Notes under the pieces: generated by a model | The model's input: the letters and a program-made list of their open reading frames with translations, nothing else | Told to the model about the DNA's origin: nothing | Databases searched by the model: none | From: Minisyncoccota bacterium | GTDB lineage: Bacteria; Patescibacteriota; Minisyncoccia; UBA6257 | Length of the DNA stretch: 49,389 nt | NCBI GenBank assembly: GCA_028695015.1 | Contig: JAQVJR010000002.1 | Span: 66,706-116,094 of the forward strand | Reading direction: 5' to 3' | In this document: piece by piece, positions 19,573-29,241 of the stretch | How positions within the stretch are numbered: position 1 is the first letter of the stretch | How the letters are laid out: each line of letters starts with the position of its first letter | Translations under genes and position numbers: made by a program

Positions 19573-20393
19573 AAATTAGGCGCAATGTCTTTAATAATCA
19601 AAACAGAAGAAACTTGGATATAATTCAATAAAGGCTCTAGGATAAATTCTTTCATTGCACTCATCTCAAAAGAAGAATCAACCTTTTGCACCTTAGCAAT
19701 TAAAAGTCCTTTGAGAAAATTAGAATTTTCTGCTGAGGTCACTAAAGTATCACCAATAGCAATATCTGAATCATAGGGCACTAATCTTAAACGAAAATTA
19801 CCCTTAGAATCTATTTCGGCCACTGCTAAAACAGAAGAGCGTAAATCCTCAACACTAATCTTTGTTTCTGAGCGAAAGATAGATTCACCGCGACAATAAT
19901 TGTCAAAACATTCAATAATCCTACCTATTAAAACCTTGTCTTTATTAATAACATTCATACCTTTTTTCAATCCAGATTTTGTTCCTTTATTAATCCAAAA
20001 AGACCCGGTTAAACCAGAGGAATCTTTTAAAACTATTTCTGCCATTTCTAAAGACCAACCAGTTTCATTTTTAATCTGCAAAGATTCTTTTAATAAAAGA
20101 TTTTCCTGTTGCAATTTTTTAAAATCCTGCAGTTTATTAATCAAGGTAATATTTTCTATTTGAATATCTCTAATTTTTTGCCTTAAATCATTAAAATGTA
20201 ATAAATCATCAAACCAATTTCTTAAAAGACTTAAATAATTTCCAGTAGACTTTCCAACACTTAGGGCAAAAACCATTTTTGGTTTTAAAAAACTACCTGA
20301 AATAGTATAAAATTTAATTAACAAAATACTAGTGACTATTAATATCACTAGTAAAATTAAAAAACGTAAGTTATTTGTTTTTTTAATTTTCAT
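19569..20393 (-). CDS. mreC: Rod shape-determining protein MreC
   Basis: TM plus coiled coil (ENLLLKESL), INKGTKSG, IGRI, GDTLVTS. Confidence 0.9.
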   Translation of the reverse strand: MKIKKTNNLRFLILLVILIVTSILLIKFYTISGSFLKPKMVFALSVGKSTGNYLSLLRNWFDDLLHFNDLRQKIRDIQIENITLINKLQDFKKLQQENLLLKESLQIKNETGWSLEMAEIVLKDSSGLTGSFWINKGTKSGLKKGMNVINKDKVLIGRIIECFDNYCRGESIFRSETKISVEDLRSSVLAVAEIDSKGNFRLRLVPYDSDIAIGDTLVTSAENSNFLKGLLIAKVQKVDSSFEMSAMKEFILEPLLNYIQVSSVLIIKDIAPNL

Positions 20394-20395
20394 TG

Positions 20396-21454
20396 TTAAA
20401 GAGGTGGGTTTTCTCTAATAATATTAATTAGGATATCTTTATAATCTTGTATATCTTCTAAGATAATGCCAATGCCCCTAATTACTGAGGTAATTGGATC
20501 ATCAATAAGTTTTACTGGTAAATCAATTTCCTTTTCTAATAATTTATCAAAGCCTCTTAATAAGCTTGTGCCACCAGATAATATTACTCCTGTTTCCATA
20601 ATATCACCAATAAGTTCTGGCGGAGTTAATTCAATTGTATCTTTAATCGCATCAACTATTTTATCTAAAGTCGGACTAATTGCTTCACGAATATCATCTT
20701 CCTTGATACTAATTTCCTTAGGTAATCCCCTAACCAAATCCCGACCTTTAACATTCATTTCTAATTTCGTACCTAAATCAACAGCTGAGCCAATAAAAAT
20801 CTTTATTTTCTCTGCGGTTTTCTCTCCAATGGATAATTTAAACTTATCACGGAAATAATAAATAATATCCTCATCGATTCTATCTCCGGCAACACGCAAA
20901 CTTTTAGAAACTACTACTCCACCTAAAGAAAGCACAGCCACTTCTGTACTGCCACCGCCAATATCAGCTATTAACATACCTTTAGATTCCTTAATGTTTA
21001 ATTGAGCCCCTAGGGCCACTGCGATTGGCTCTTCTACCAGATAAACTTCTTTAGCTCCAGCGCTATGGGCCACATCTTCTACAGCTCTTTTTTCTACTTC
21101 AGTGCCTCCGGTCAAAACCCCAATAACTAATCTGGGCCAATCAAAAACTTGACTTAAAATTCCCTTGGTTTTAGCTTTTTGTAAGAAATAATGAAGCATT
21201 TTTTCTGTTACCTCAAAATCTGAAATGACTCCATTATTCAATGGCTTAACAGCACTAATATGAGTTGGTGTTTTACCTAACATTTCTTCAGCTTCTCGCC
21301 CAATAGCTAGAATTTGACCAGTTTTGTTATTTGTAGCCACTACTGTTGGTTCATTAACAATAATGCCTTTGCCTTTTACATAAACCAAAGTCTTGGTCGT
21401 TCCAAGGTCAACCCCAATATTCCTAAACAAGTTTTCTTTTAAGTTTTTTGGCAT
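20396..21454 (-). CDS. mreB: Rod shape-determining protein MreB (copy 1)
   Basis: GVDLGTT, NEPTVVA, EEPIAVALGA, DIGGGSTE, GVILSGG. Confidence 0.93.
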   Translation of the reverse strand: MPKNLKENLFRNIGVDLGTTKTLVYVKGKGIIVNEPTVVATNNKTGQILAIGREAEEMLGKTPTHISAVKPLNNGVISDFEVTEKMLHYFLQKAKTKGILSQVFDWPRLVIGVLTGGTEVEKRAVEDVAHSAGAKEVYLVEEPIAVALGAQLNIKESKGMLIADIGGGSTEVAVLSLGGVVVSKSLRVAGDRIDEDIIYYFRDKFKLSIGEKTAEKIKIFIGSAVDLGTKLEMNVKGRDLVRGLPKEISIKEDDIREAISPTLDKIVDAIKDTIELTPPELIGDIMETGVILSGGTSLLRGFDKLLEKEIDLPVKLIDDPITSVIRGIGIILEDIQDYKDILINIIRENPPL

Positions 21455-21475
21455 AATTTTAATTCTTTATTTTTT

Positions 21476-22720
21476 CTAAATTATTTTACTAATATCTTTT
21501 AATTTTACAATCTTTATCCGATTGCTTTTTCTTTCTTTTAATTCAAAAGAACGGTTTTTCAATGTTTTTTCACTAATGATAATTCTTTGGGGCAAGCCTA
21601 ACAAATCCGCATCTACTAATTTTTCACCACTGGAAACACTTTCCCGATCATCATAAAAAACTTCTAGGCCTTTTTTAATTAATTGTTTATATACCAAATC
21701 TGTTTGTTTTTTAATTTCCTTATCTTCTTTTTTAATTCCTTTAAACAAACCAATTAAATGATATTGAAAAGGTGCTGTTTCTTTAGGCCAAATAATGCCC
21801 TTAGCATCATAATTTGCCTCTACAATCACGCCTAATAAACGACTAATACCAATACCATAACAACCCATCATCACTGGCTTAATCTCTCCTTTTTCATCTC
21901 TGTAATTTAAATCAAATGCTTGTGAATATTTATCTTTAAGTTTAAATATATTACCAACTTCAGAACCTTTTAATTCTTCTATCTTATGACCACATTCAGG
22001 GCATTTCTTTGTATTTTCCATAATTTCCTTGTTCCGATTCATACCACAATGAGAACAATGATAGAAAATATCTTCTCCAGCAGGGGTTAATACTTGAAAT
22101 TCATGTGAAAAACGAGAAAAAGTACCTCCTGATGCTTCAACCACATAAGCTTTTAAACCACATCTTTTGTAAATCTTTTGATAAGCTTTTTTAACTTTTT
22201 CATAATAATTTTCTAAATCTTTTTCATCTTGATGAAAACTATACAAATCTTTCATAATAAATTCTTTGCCTCTTAAGATTCCTGATTTAGAGCGAGGTTC
22301 ATCACGAAACTTATCTGATATATGAAAGAGATACAAAGGCAAATCTTTATAAGAATAGATGTAATTTTTCACCATGGGCGTGATAATCTCTTCATGAGTG
22401 GGCGCTAAAGCAAACCAACTGCCATATTTTGAACGAAGTTTGAATAAAGCCTTAAAAGAATCCCAACGTCCAGTTTGTTCCCAATTGCTGCGAGGATTTA
22501 AAAGAGCCATTAAAATCTCCTGTCCGCCAATGGCTTCCATTTCTTCTCTGACAATTTGTTCTATTTTCTTTATTACCCTTAAACCTAAAGGCAAAAAATT
22601 ATACACCCCGCTAGTTAGTTTTTCAATAAAATTTGCCTTGGTTAAAAGAACAGCGCTTATTGCCACTTCATCTTTGGATATTTCTTTTCTAGTTTTAAAA
22701 TAAAATTGAGTTGCTTTCAT
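21476..22720 (-). CDS. proS: Proline--tRNA ligase (no editing insertion)
   Basis: LAPTHEE, KFRDEPR, GILRGKEF, EVGNIFKL, MGCYGIGISR; 414 aa. Confidence 0.93.
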   Translation of the reverse strand: MKATQFYFKTRKEISKDEVAISAVLLTKANFIEKLTSGVYNFLPLGLRVIKKIEQIVREEMEAIGGQEILMALLNPRSNWEQTGRWDSFKALFKLRSKYGSWFALAPTHEEIITPMVKNYIYSYKDLPLYLFHISDKFRDEPRSKSGILRGKEFIMKDLYSFHQDEKDLENYYEKVKKAYQKIYKRCGLKAYVVEASGGTFSRFSHEFQVLTPAGEDIFYHCSHCGMNRNKEIMENTKKCPECGHKIEELKGSEVGNIFKLKDKYSQAFDLNYRDEKGEIKPVMMGCYGIGISRLLGVIVEANYDAKGIIWPKETAPFQYHLIGLFKGIKKEDKEIKKQTDLVYKQLIKKGLEVFYDDRESVSSGEKLVDADLLGLPQRIIISEKTLKNRSFELKERKSNRIKIVKLKDISKII

Positions 22721-22723
22721 AAA

Positions 22724-23794
22724 TTAATTCTTTAAGATAAATAAATTAATATCTTTGATTGTAATAACAAAAAGTAAGACAACCAATAAGATAAAAAAAA
22801 CATTATTAATTAATAACTCTGTTTTTTGAGTAATTGGACGTTTTCTTATCTTTTCAATAATCAAAAAAAGAATTCTGCCTCCATCAACAGCTGGGATTGG
22901 TAATAAATTAAAAACTGCAAATCCAAAAGATATTAAACCTAAAATGTAAAATCCATAATTCCACCCCCATTTAAATCCTTGGGTGGTTATGGCAACAATG
23001 CCTACAGGCCCAGTTAGTTCTTCTAGCTTACCATGTTTAAAAAGACTGACAAAGATTCTGCCCAGTCCTTTAAATATCTCTTGAAATAAAACCCCTAAGA
23101 ATATTATTGTTTCTTTTATAGATTCTAAGAAAGAATATTTTAAATATCCTTCTTCTGCTAAGATAACACCCAGATAACCCTTTTCAGCTTCAGCACTTTC
23201 TCTTAAAGCAACTTCTAATTCAACCTGACTGTCTTTTCTTTCAATAACTAATTGAACTTTTTTCCCTTCAAGCTCAGCTGTTTTATCTTGAACATCTTGA
23301 ACATTATTAACCACAAAACTTTCATTCAAATACTTGATAGTTTTGATAATATCCCCTTTTTCCAAGCCAGCTTTAAAAGCTGGCGAATCTTTTACTACTT
23401 CTTTAATTGCCACATAAGAAACTGCCTTGTCTTGATAAGATTCAGGCAGAGCAAAGATAGGCATGCCCACATTAAATAAAATCATAAAAATCAAAAAAGC
23501 AATTATAAGATTAGCGATAACTCCAGCAATTAAAATTGATGCTCTTTTACCTATAGATTGAGCAGCAAAACTATCTTCTGTGCCATATTCTTTTATTTTA
23601 GTAAAACCACCAAAAGGAATAGCATTTAAAGAATAAGTCACATTATTTTTCTTAAAACTAAAAACCTTAGGTGGATATCCTAGGCCAAATTCCTCTACGC
23701 CAACATTATTCTTTCTTGCCATTAAAAAATGACCTAATTCATGAAAGAATATGATAATACCTAAGCTAAGTAAACTGATGATAAAAGCTAACAT
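22724..23794 (-). CDS. rseP: RIP metalloprotease RseP (M50) with PDZ domain
   Basis: HELGH (HExxH), EFGLG, SPAFKAGL (PDZ), GPVGI, NLLPIPAVDGG. Confidence 0.93.
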   Translation of the reverse strand: MLAFIISLLSLGIIIFFHELGHFLMARKNNVGVEEFGLGYPPKVFSFKKNNVTYSLNAIPFGGFTKIKEYGTEDSFAAQSIGKRASILIAGVIANLIIAFLIFMILFNVGMPIFALPESYQDKAVSYVAIKEVVKDSPAFKAGLEKGDIIKTIKYLNESFVVNNVQDVQDKTAELEGKKVQLVIERKDSQVELEVALRESAEAEKGYLGVILAEEGYLKYSFLESIKETIIFLGVLFQEIFKGLGRIFVSLFKHGKLEELTGPVGIVAITTQGFKWGWNYGFYILGLISFGFAVFNLLPIPAVDGGRILFLIIEKIRKRPITQKTELLINNVFFILLVVLLFVITIKDINLFILKN

Positions 23795-23797
23795 AGA

Positions 23798-24346
23798 TTA
23801 TGATTCTAAAATTTCTTGTGTTTTTTGTTTTTCCTTACTATCTAATGATTTATTAGTTTCTTCAACTACTTTTTGAATCTCTTCTTTTAAACGAAATCTT
23901 TCATCTTCTGAAACCTCTTTTTCCTTATGTTTTTGTTCTATTTCTTCTATTGTTTTTTCTCTTAATTCCCTTAATTTAACTCTGTATTCTTCTTTTTTAA
24001 ATCCCATTAATCTGATTAATTCTTCTTTTCTTTCTTTACTTAACAAAGGCAAGAATAATTTCATTTGCTTACCTTCAACAGAAGGCATAATACCTAAACT
24101 AGAAGTTTCTAAAGCTTTTTTAATTGGCATTATCAAATTATCATCCCAAATCTCAATAATAATAACATTAGGAAGTTTAATAGAAATCCCAGCTAAATGC
24201 TTTAAGGGTGTTAAGGCTCCATAGCTTTCCACATTAATATCTTCTACTAAAGCAGTTGTTGGTCGTGAGGTGCGAAAAGTCAGAATTTCTTTTTGAAAAT
24301 CAGTTATTAAGGTATTTGCTTGTTCTTTGAAATTATTAATTAGCAT
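23798..24346 (-). CDS. frr: Ribosome recycling factor
   Basis: RTSRPTTALVEDINVESYG, ERKEELI, SEDE. Confidence 0.92.
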   Translation of the reverse strand: MLINNFKEQANTLITDFQKEILTFRTSRPTTALVEDINVESYGALTPLKHLAGISIKLPNVIIIEIWDDNLIMPIKKALETSSLGIMPSVEGKQMKLFLPLLSKERKEELIRLMGFKKEEYRVKLRELREKTIEEIEQKHKEKEVSEDERFRLKEEIQKVVEETNKSLDSKEKQKTQEILES

Positions 24347-24358
24347 ATAAAAACTTAT

Positions 24359-25300
24359 TTATTTTAATTGAAGGAATATATTTTCCATTAATAATTGTGT
24401 ATTAATATTAGAATCGTTTAATAAATAAATGGCTTTTAAAATATCATTGGTTAATTTAGTTTTCTTTACAGGAGTAAGGTTTAATTTTCCAGATTCTCTA
24501 TTAGATCTTAACATTCTTAACCATTCTTCTAGAGTGGCGTTTAGTTCTTTATTATCTTTAGTTAATTTTTGGAAATACACAGATCTTTGATTAAAATCTT
24601 GTGTCAAAACTTTTACTAGGTCTTTTCTTTTTTCTTCTAAAGACTTTGTATAATCTTTATCCATTAGTTTAATAGCCAAGCCTATCTTTCCTTCTGCTCT
24701 TTCAGCTATCATTTGAGATTCTTTTAAAGACAATCCATGTTCTTTTTGTAAAAAATCTATTAAGGACTTACTACTAGCTCTTTTAAATCTTAAAGAAAGA
24801 AGTCGGGAATGAATAGTCGTTGTAAGTTTTTTAGGTGCTTTAGTTACTAAGATAATTAAATTATTCTTTCGAGATTCTTCTAAAGTTTTTAAAAGAGCAT
24901 CTTGAGCATCTCTAGTTAATAATTCAGCCTGATTAATAATTAAGATCTTTAAATCAGCTATCTGAGGATGAAAAGTTAAAAACTTTATTCCTTCTCTAGC
25001 CTGCTCTATCTTTATGGATTTTCCTTCCTTGTCATCTTTATCTAATAATGGCTCTATGATCATCAAATCAGGATGATAACCTTGATCTAACATCTGACAA
25101 TTCGGACATTGATGACATAGTTCCCATTTGTCATTATTGCCACATAGCAAGGCATTACTAAAAGCTCTTGCTGTGGTCATTTTACCCACTGATTCTTCTC
25201 CCCAAAAAAGAAGGTTTTGGATTAATCTTTTTTGAGGCCTGAACATCTTTTCTAAAAAATCTGTAGCGCTCTCATTTTTAAAGAAAAACATTTTAAACAA
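24359..25300 (-). CDS. holB: DNA polymerase III subunit delta'
   Basis: GEESVGK, CHQCPNC, HPDL, AQDALLKTLEE, TIHSR. Confidence 0.85.
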   Translation of the reverse strand: MFKMFFFKNESATDFLEKMFRPQKRLIQNLLFWGEESVGKMTTARAFSNALLCGNNDKWELCHQCPNCQMLDQGYHPDLMIIEPLLDKDDKEGKSIKIEQAREGIKFLTFHPQIADLKILIINQAELLTRDAQDALLKTLEESRKNNLIILVTKAPKKLTTTIHSRLLSLRFKRASSKSLIDFLQKEHGLSLKESQMIAERAEGKIGLAIKLMDKDYTKSLEEKRKDLVKVLTQDFNQRSVYFQKLTKDNKELNATLEEWLRMLRSNRESGKLNLTPVKKTKLTNDILKAIYLLNDSNINTQLLMENIFLQLK

Positions 25301-25303
25301 TAA

Positions 25304-26317
25304 TTACCTATAAGTTGTAATGCTTTTTTTGTAAAGTTCTAAATTATCTAGAATCACTCCAGTGCCTTTGGCTACACAATAAAGAGGTTCATCAGCAATA
25401 TAGCTAGGCACACCTGTCATCTTGGTTACCAAATCATTGATATTGTTTAAAAGCGCTCCACCACCGCTGATAATCATTCCTCTTTCCATAACATCAGCAG
25501 CTAATTCTGGAGGAGTTTCTGAAAGCACAGTCTTAATAGCTTGAATAATATCTTTTAAAGGACTATTAATAGCCTCAGCTATTTCATTTGAATTCAAGAC
25601 AATGTTTTTAGGCAATCCTTCTGTTAAATCCAATCCCCTAATTTCCATTTCTGCTTTGTTTTTACTAGACATGGCTGAACCAACTTTAATCTTAACTTCT
25701 TCTGAAGTTCTTTCACCAATAGCTAGGTTGTATTTTCTCTTAACATAATCAGCAATAGCTGCATCCATTTTATTACCCGCCACTCTAACTGAAGCCCAAG
25801 AAACTATGCCTCCTAAGGAAATAACAGCCACTTCTGTTGTGCCGCCACCAATATTAACTAACATATTGCCTCCTGCTGAATTTATAGGGATGCCAGCACC
25901 AAGAGCAGCTAAAATAGGTTCCCTAGCTACATAAGCTTCTTTAGCCCCAGCTTCTCTAGCCGCACCAACTACCGCTCTTCTTTCTGTAGAAGTAATACCC
26001 ACAGGAACAGAGATAATTAATTCTGGTTTGAATAATTTCCAAGGACCAATAACCTTATTGATAAAATATTTTAACATGGCTGCAGTTACTCGATAATCTG
26101 CAATCACTCCATCTTTTAAAGGCTTGTAAGTTTTAATCACATCAGGTGTTCGACCTAACATCTCTCTAGCTTCAGCACCAATAGCTAATATTTTATTATC
26201 ATTTATAGCTACAGCGACCACTGAAGGCTCATTAATTAAAATCCCCTTATGAGGAACAAAAACTAATGTATTGGCTGTGCCTAAGTCTATCCCTATTTTA
26301 CGAACTAACATATACAA
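25304..26317 (-). CDS. mreB: Rod shape-determining protein MreB/Mbl (copy 2)
   Basis: GIDLGTANT, NEPSVVA, TSTERRAV, NIGGGTTE, SGGGALL. Confidence 0.93.
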   Translation of the reverse strand: MYMLVRKIGIDLGTANTLVFVPHKGILINEPSVVAVAINDNKILAIGAEAREMLGRTPDVIKTYKPLKDGVIADYRVTAAMLKYFINKVIGPWKLFKPELIISVPVGITSTERRAVVGAAREAGAKEAYVAREPILAALGAGIPINSAGGNMLVNIGGGTTEVAVISLGGIVSWASVRVAGNKMDAAIADYVKRKYNLAIGERTSEEVKIKVGSAMSSKNKAEMEIRGLDLTEGLPKNIVLNSNEIAEAINSPLKDIIQAIKTVLSETPPELAADVMERGMIISGGGALLNNINDLVTKMTGVPSYIADEPLYCVAKGTGVILDNLELYKKSITTYR

Positions 26318-26328
26318 TAATTTTAAAT

Positions 26329-27603
26329 TTAAACTTTTCTTTTAATATCTGCGCCTAATTTAATTAATCTTTCATCTATTGCCTCATAGCCTCTATCTAT
26401 TTGATAAGCTTCTTTAATTACAGTTTTTCCTTTTGCTAATAATGCGGCAATTAATAAACTGATTCCTGATCTAATATCCAAAGAATTTACATTTTGCGCG
26501 TACAAAGGAGTAGGTCCAGTTATTAAAGCCCGGTGCGGGTCTGCTATAATAGCATTTGCACCCATCTTTATCAACTCATCAATATACTTTAACCTACCAT
26601 CAAACATTGTGTCAAAGATAATACTAGTCCCATTAGCTTGAGTGGCTAATATCCCAAAAGGAGATTGAAGATCTGTTGGAATGCCTGGATAAGGCTGAGT
26701 TTGAATTTTAAAACCTTTGAGATTATATGAAGGCAAAATTAAAACATTGGATTGTGCTTTATTAGATTGAGAATGAATATTCATTCTCACCCCTATTTCT
26801 TTTAATTTCTTGATCACTAAATCCAAATGATCAAGTCTAATATTTTTAATTAAAATCTTGCCTCTTAAAACAGCAGCCAAGATCATAAAAGTCCCTGCCT
26901 CTATGGGATCAGGAATAACTTTATGTGAAGCTCCAGAAAGTTTCTTTTTCCCAGTAATTTCATAAATATGAGGGGAAATAACTTTGATTTTTGCTCCCAT
27001 TTTTTTTAAAAAAACAACTAAATCTTCAACATGAGGCTCTAAGGCTCCTATTTTCAATCTTGTTTTTCCAGGAATTAAAGAAGCTAACATTAATATATTT
27101 TCTGTAGCGGTAACGCTAAATTCATTTAAAATAATTTCATCTGAATAAATATTACTTCCATTGTAATAGAAATAGGTTGGAGTTTTTCTAACCTTAACTC
27201 CTAATTGAAGAATAGCATCTAAATGAGAGTCAATTGAACGCACTCCAATCAAGCAACCTCCTGGCTGAGCTAATTTGAATTTCTTAAAGCGATGTAGCAA
27301 AGGAGCAATGAGAAGAACTGAGGCTCTTAATTTCTTAACCAAAGATTGATTAAGATTTTTAAGATTCAAATTCTGAGGAGTGATTTTCACTTTTCTTTTT
27401 CCCAACCATTCTACTTTACAACCTAAACTTTCAATAATTTCTAAAAACCGACGAACATCTTCTATCAAAGGAAGATTATCAATAATTGAAGGCTCTTTTG
27501 TTAAAAGAGTAGCTGCTAAAATAGGCATGGCGGCATTTTTAGCCCCCCTGACTTCTATTTCTCCTTTTAAAGGTTTACCTCCTTGAACAATAAAAGATTC
27601 CAT
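26329..27603 (-). CDS. murA: UDP-N-acetylglucosamine 1-carboxyvinyltransferase
   Basis: GAKNAA, RAS, PGGCLIGVR (catalytic Cys), SVTATEN, PDPIEAGT, PTDLQ, IDRGYE. Confidence 0.97.
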   Translation of the reverse strand: MESFIVQGGKPLKGEIEVRGAKNAAMPILAATLLTKEPSIIDNLPLIEDVRRFLEIIESLGCKVEWLGKRKVKITPQNLNLKNLNQSLVKKLRASVLLIAPLLHRFKKFKLAQPGGCLIGVRSIDSHLDAILQLGVKVRKTPTYFYYNGSNIYSDEIILNEFSVTATENILMLASLIPGKTRLKIGALEPHVEDLVVFLKKMGAKIKVISPHIYEITGKKKLSGASHKVIPDPIEAGTFMILAAVLRGKILIKNIRLDHLDLVIKKLKEIGVRMNIHSQSNKAQSNVLILPSYNLKGFKIQTQPYPGIPTDLQSPFGILATQANGTSIIFDTMFDGRLKYIDELIKMGANAIIADPHRALITGPTPLYAQNVNSLDIRSGISLLIAALLAKGKTVIKEAYQIDRGYEAIDERLIKLGADIKRKV

Positions 27604-27605
27604 AA

Positions 27606-29198
27606 TTAATTTTTAATTGTTTGCCCGTATTTTTCTTCTGATAAAACCCCTTTGTAATAAGCTAAGCCTCCATTAATAATTACTGTTTCTATACCTTCTG
27701 GATATTGAAAAGGATTCTTAGAGGTGGATGTATCTTTAATTTTTTCAGGATTAAAAACAACAATATCAGCATCATAATCTTTTTTTATCAAGCCTTTTGT
27801 TTTTAAACCTGTTTTCTGAGCAACTTTTCCTGTAATTTTATGTATTGCTTCTTCCCAAGACATGAGTTTTTGTTCTTTTGTATAATCTTCTAGAAATTTA
27901 GGAAAACTACCAAAAGCTCTGGGATGAATCCAAGAACCTTTTCTGCCACCCTCATCATTACTAAACCCACTATTAGTACCAATAAATGAATAAGGACTTT
28001 TTATTGCCTTGATTACATTATCTTCTGATAAATCTTCTGTAAAAACAATAACTTTATCTTCACTTAATTCTATAATCTTAAAAATAGATTCTTCCAGGCT
28101 TAAGTTAAAACTCTTAGCAATTTCTTCTAAGGTTTTGCCAACAAACCACCAAGATTGACCACAATCAGCTATTCTTAATTTTTTATAAAGGTATTTTTTC
28201 CTTTTAATGTCTTCAATTAATTTAGCTTTTACAATTTCATCACGAATATTCTTCAAAAGCACTTCCCGACCTCCAACTGCTGCCCAATCAGGTAAAATCA
28301 AATAAAGAGACTGGGCATTAATGCTATAAGGAAAAACATCAAAATTAATCATTTCCTGATTATCAGAAGATTTTTTCAAAGAATCATTGAATTTTTTAAT
28401 CATTTTTAAAGCCTGATCAAAATCTGAAAAATTAGGCTCACCTTCAGCTTTAAAATGTGAAATTTGTATTGATGATTTAGATTTTTCTGCAATTTCTATT
28501 ATTTCCCTAACACTAGCTAAAAACCCATCAGCTTCATTGCGCAAATGAAAAGATAAATATTTGTTATTTTCCTTAACTATCTTGGCTATTTCTAGGATTT
28601 CCTTAATCCCTACCATGCTTTCAGAAGCATAGCCTAATCCAAAAGAAACCCCTAAGGCGCCTTCATTTAAACTCTGGCTAACTAATAATTTAAGTTTTTC
28701 TAATTCTTCTTTGGTTAAATTCCTAAATTCTCCTTTTGTAAATTGATTTCTCAAACTCCCCCAACCTATTAAAGTGGCAAAATTCACTCCTAATTTCTTA
28801 ATATCTAAAAAGCTTAAAAGGTCTTTTACCTGATGCCAATTAATATTGAGACGGTTAGCATCAGCCCATCTTTTTAAAAAATCTAAAGAACCAGTAATTA
28901 ATGGAGCTAAAGAAGCGCCGCTATTTCCGCAAACTATTGTTGTCACTCCCTGACGAATCATATTCTCTGCTCCAGGCTGAAAAAAAACATCTAAATAATG
29001 ATCTGCGTTATTATTAATATCAATAAATCCTGGACAAACAAATCTATTCTCAGCATTTATCTCTATCTTACCTGTATGATTTTTCAAATTTCCCAATTTG
29101 GCTATCTTGCCTTGATTAACACCAATATCAATATTTAAGCCAGAAATACCACTTCCATCAAATACCTGTCCATTTTTAATTAATATATCAAACACCAT
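27606..29198 (-). CDS. N-acyl-D-amino-acid deacylase-like amidohydrolase, probably catalytically degenerate
   Basis: Fold motifs DILIKNG.V.DG, PGFID, QGVTT, HPRAFGSFP, ADIVVF.P and GIETVIING are present. Expected metal ligands are substituted (INNN, GNSG, GTNS). Confidence 0.8.
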   Translation of the reverse strand: MVFDILIKNGQVFDGSGISGLNIDIGVNQGKIAKLGNLKNHTGKIEINAENRFVCPGFIDINNNADHYLDVFFQPGAENMIRQGVTTIVCGNSGASLAPLITGSLDFLKRWADANRLNINWHQVKDLLSFLDIKKLGVNFATLIGWGSLRNQFTKGEFRNLTKEELEKLKLLVSQSLNEGALGVSFGLGYASESMVGIKEILEIAKIVKENNKYLSFHLRNEADGFLASVREIIEIAEKSKSSIQISHFKAEGEPNFSDFDQALKMIKKFNDSLKKSSDNQEMINFDVFPYSINAQSLYLILPDWAAVGGREVLLKNIRDEIVKAKLIEDIKRKKYLYKKLRIADCGQSWWFVGKTLEEIAKSFNLSLEESIFKIIELSEDKVIVFTEDLSEDNVIKAIKSPYSFIGTNSGFSNDEGGRKGSWIHPRAFGSFPKFLEDYTKEQKLMSWEEAIHKITGKVAQKTGLKTKGLIKKDYDADIVVFNPEKIKDTSTSKNPFQYPEGIETVIINGGLAYYKGVLSEEKYGQTIKN

Positions 29199-29241
29199 TT
29201 AAATAATAATTAAATCTAAAGATAGTATACGCTAAAATGAC

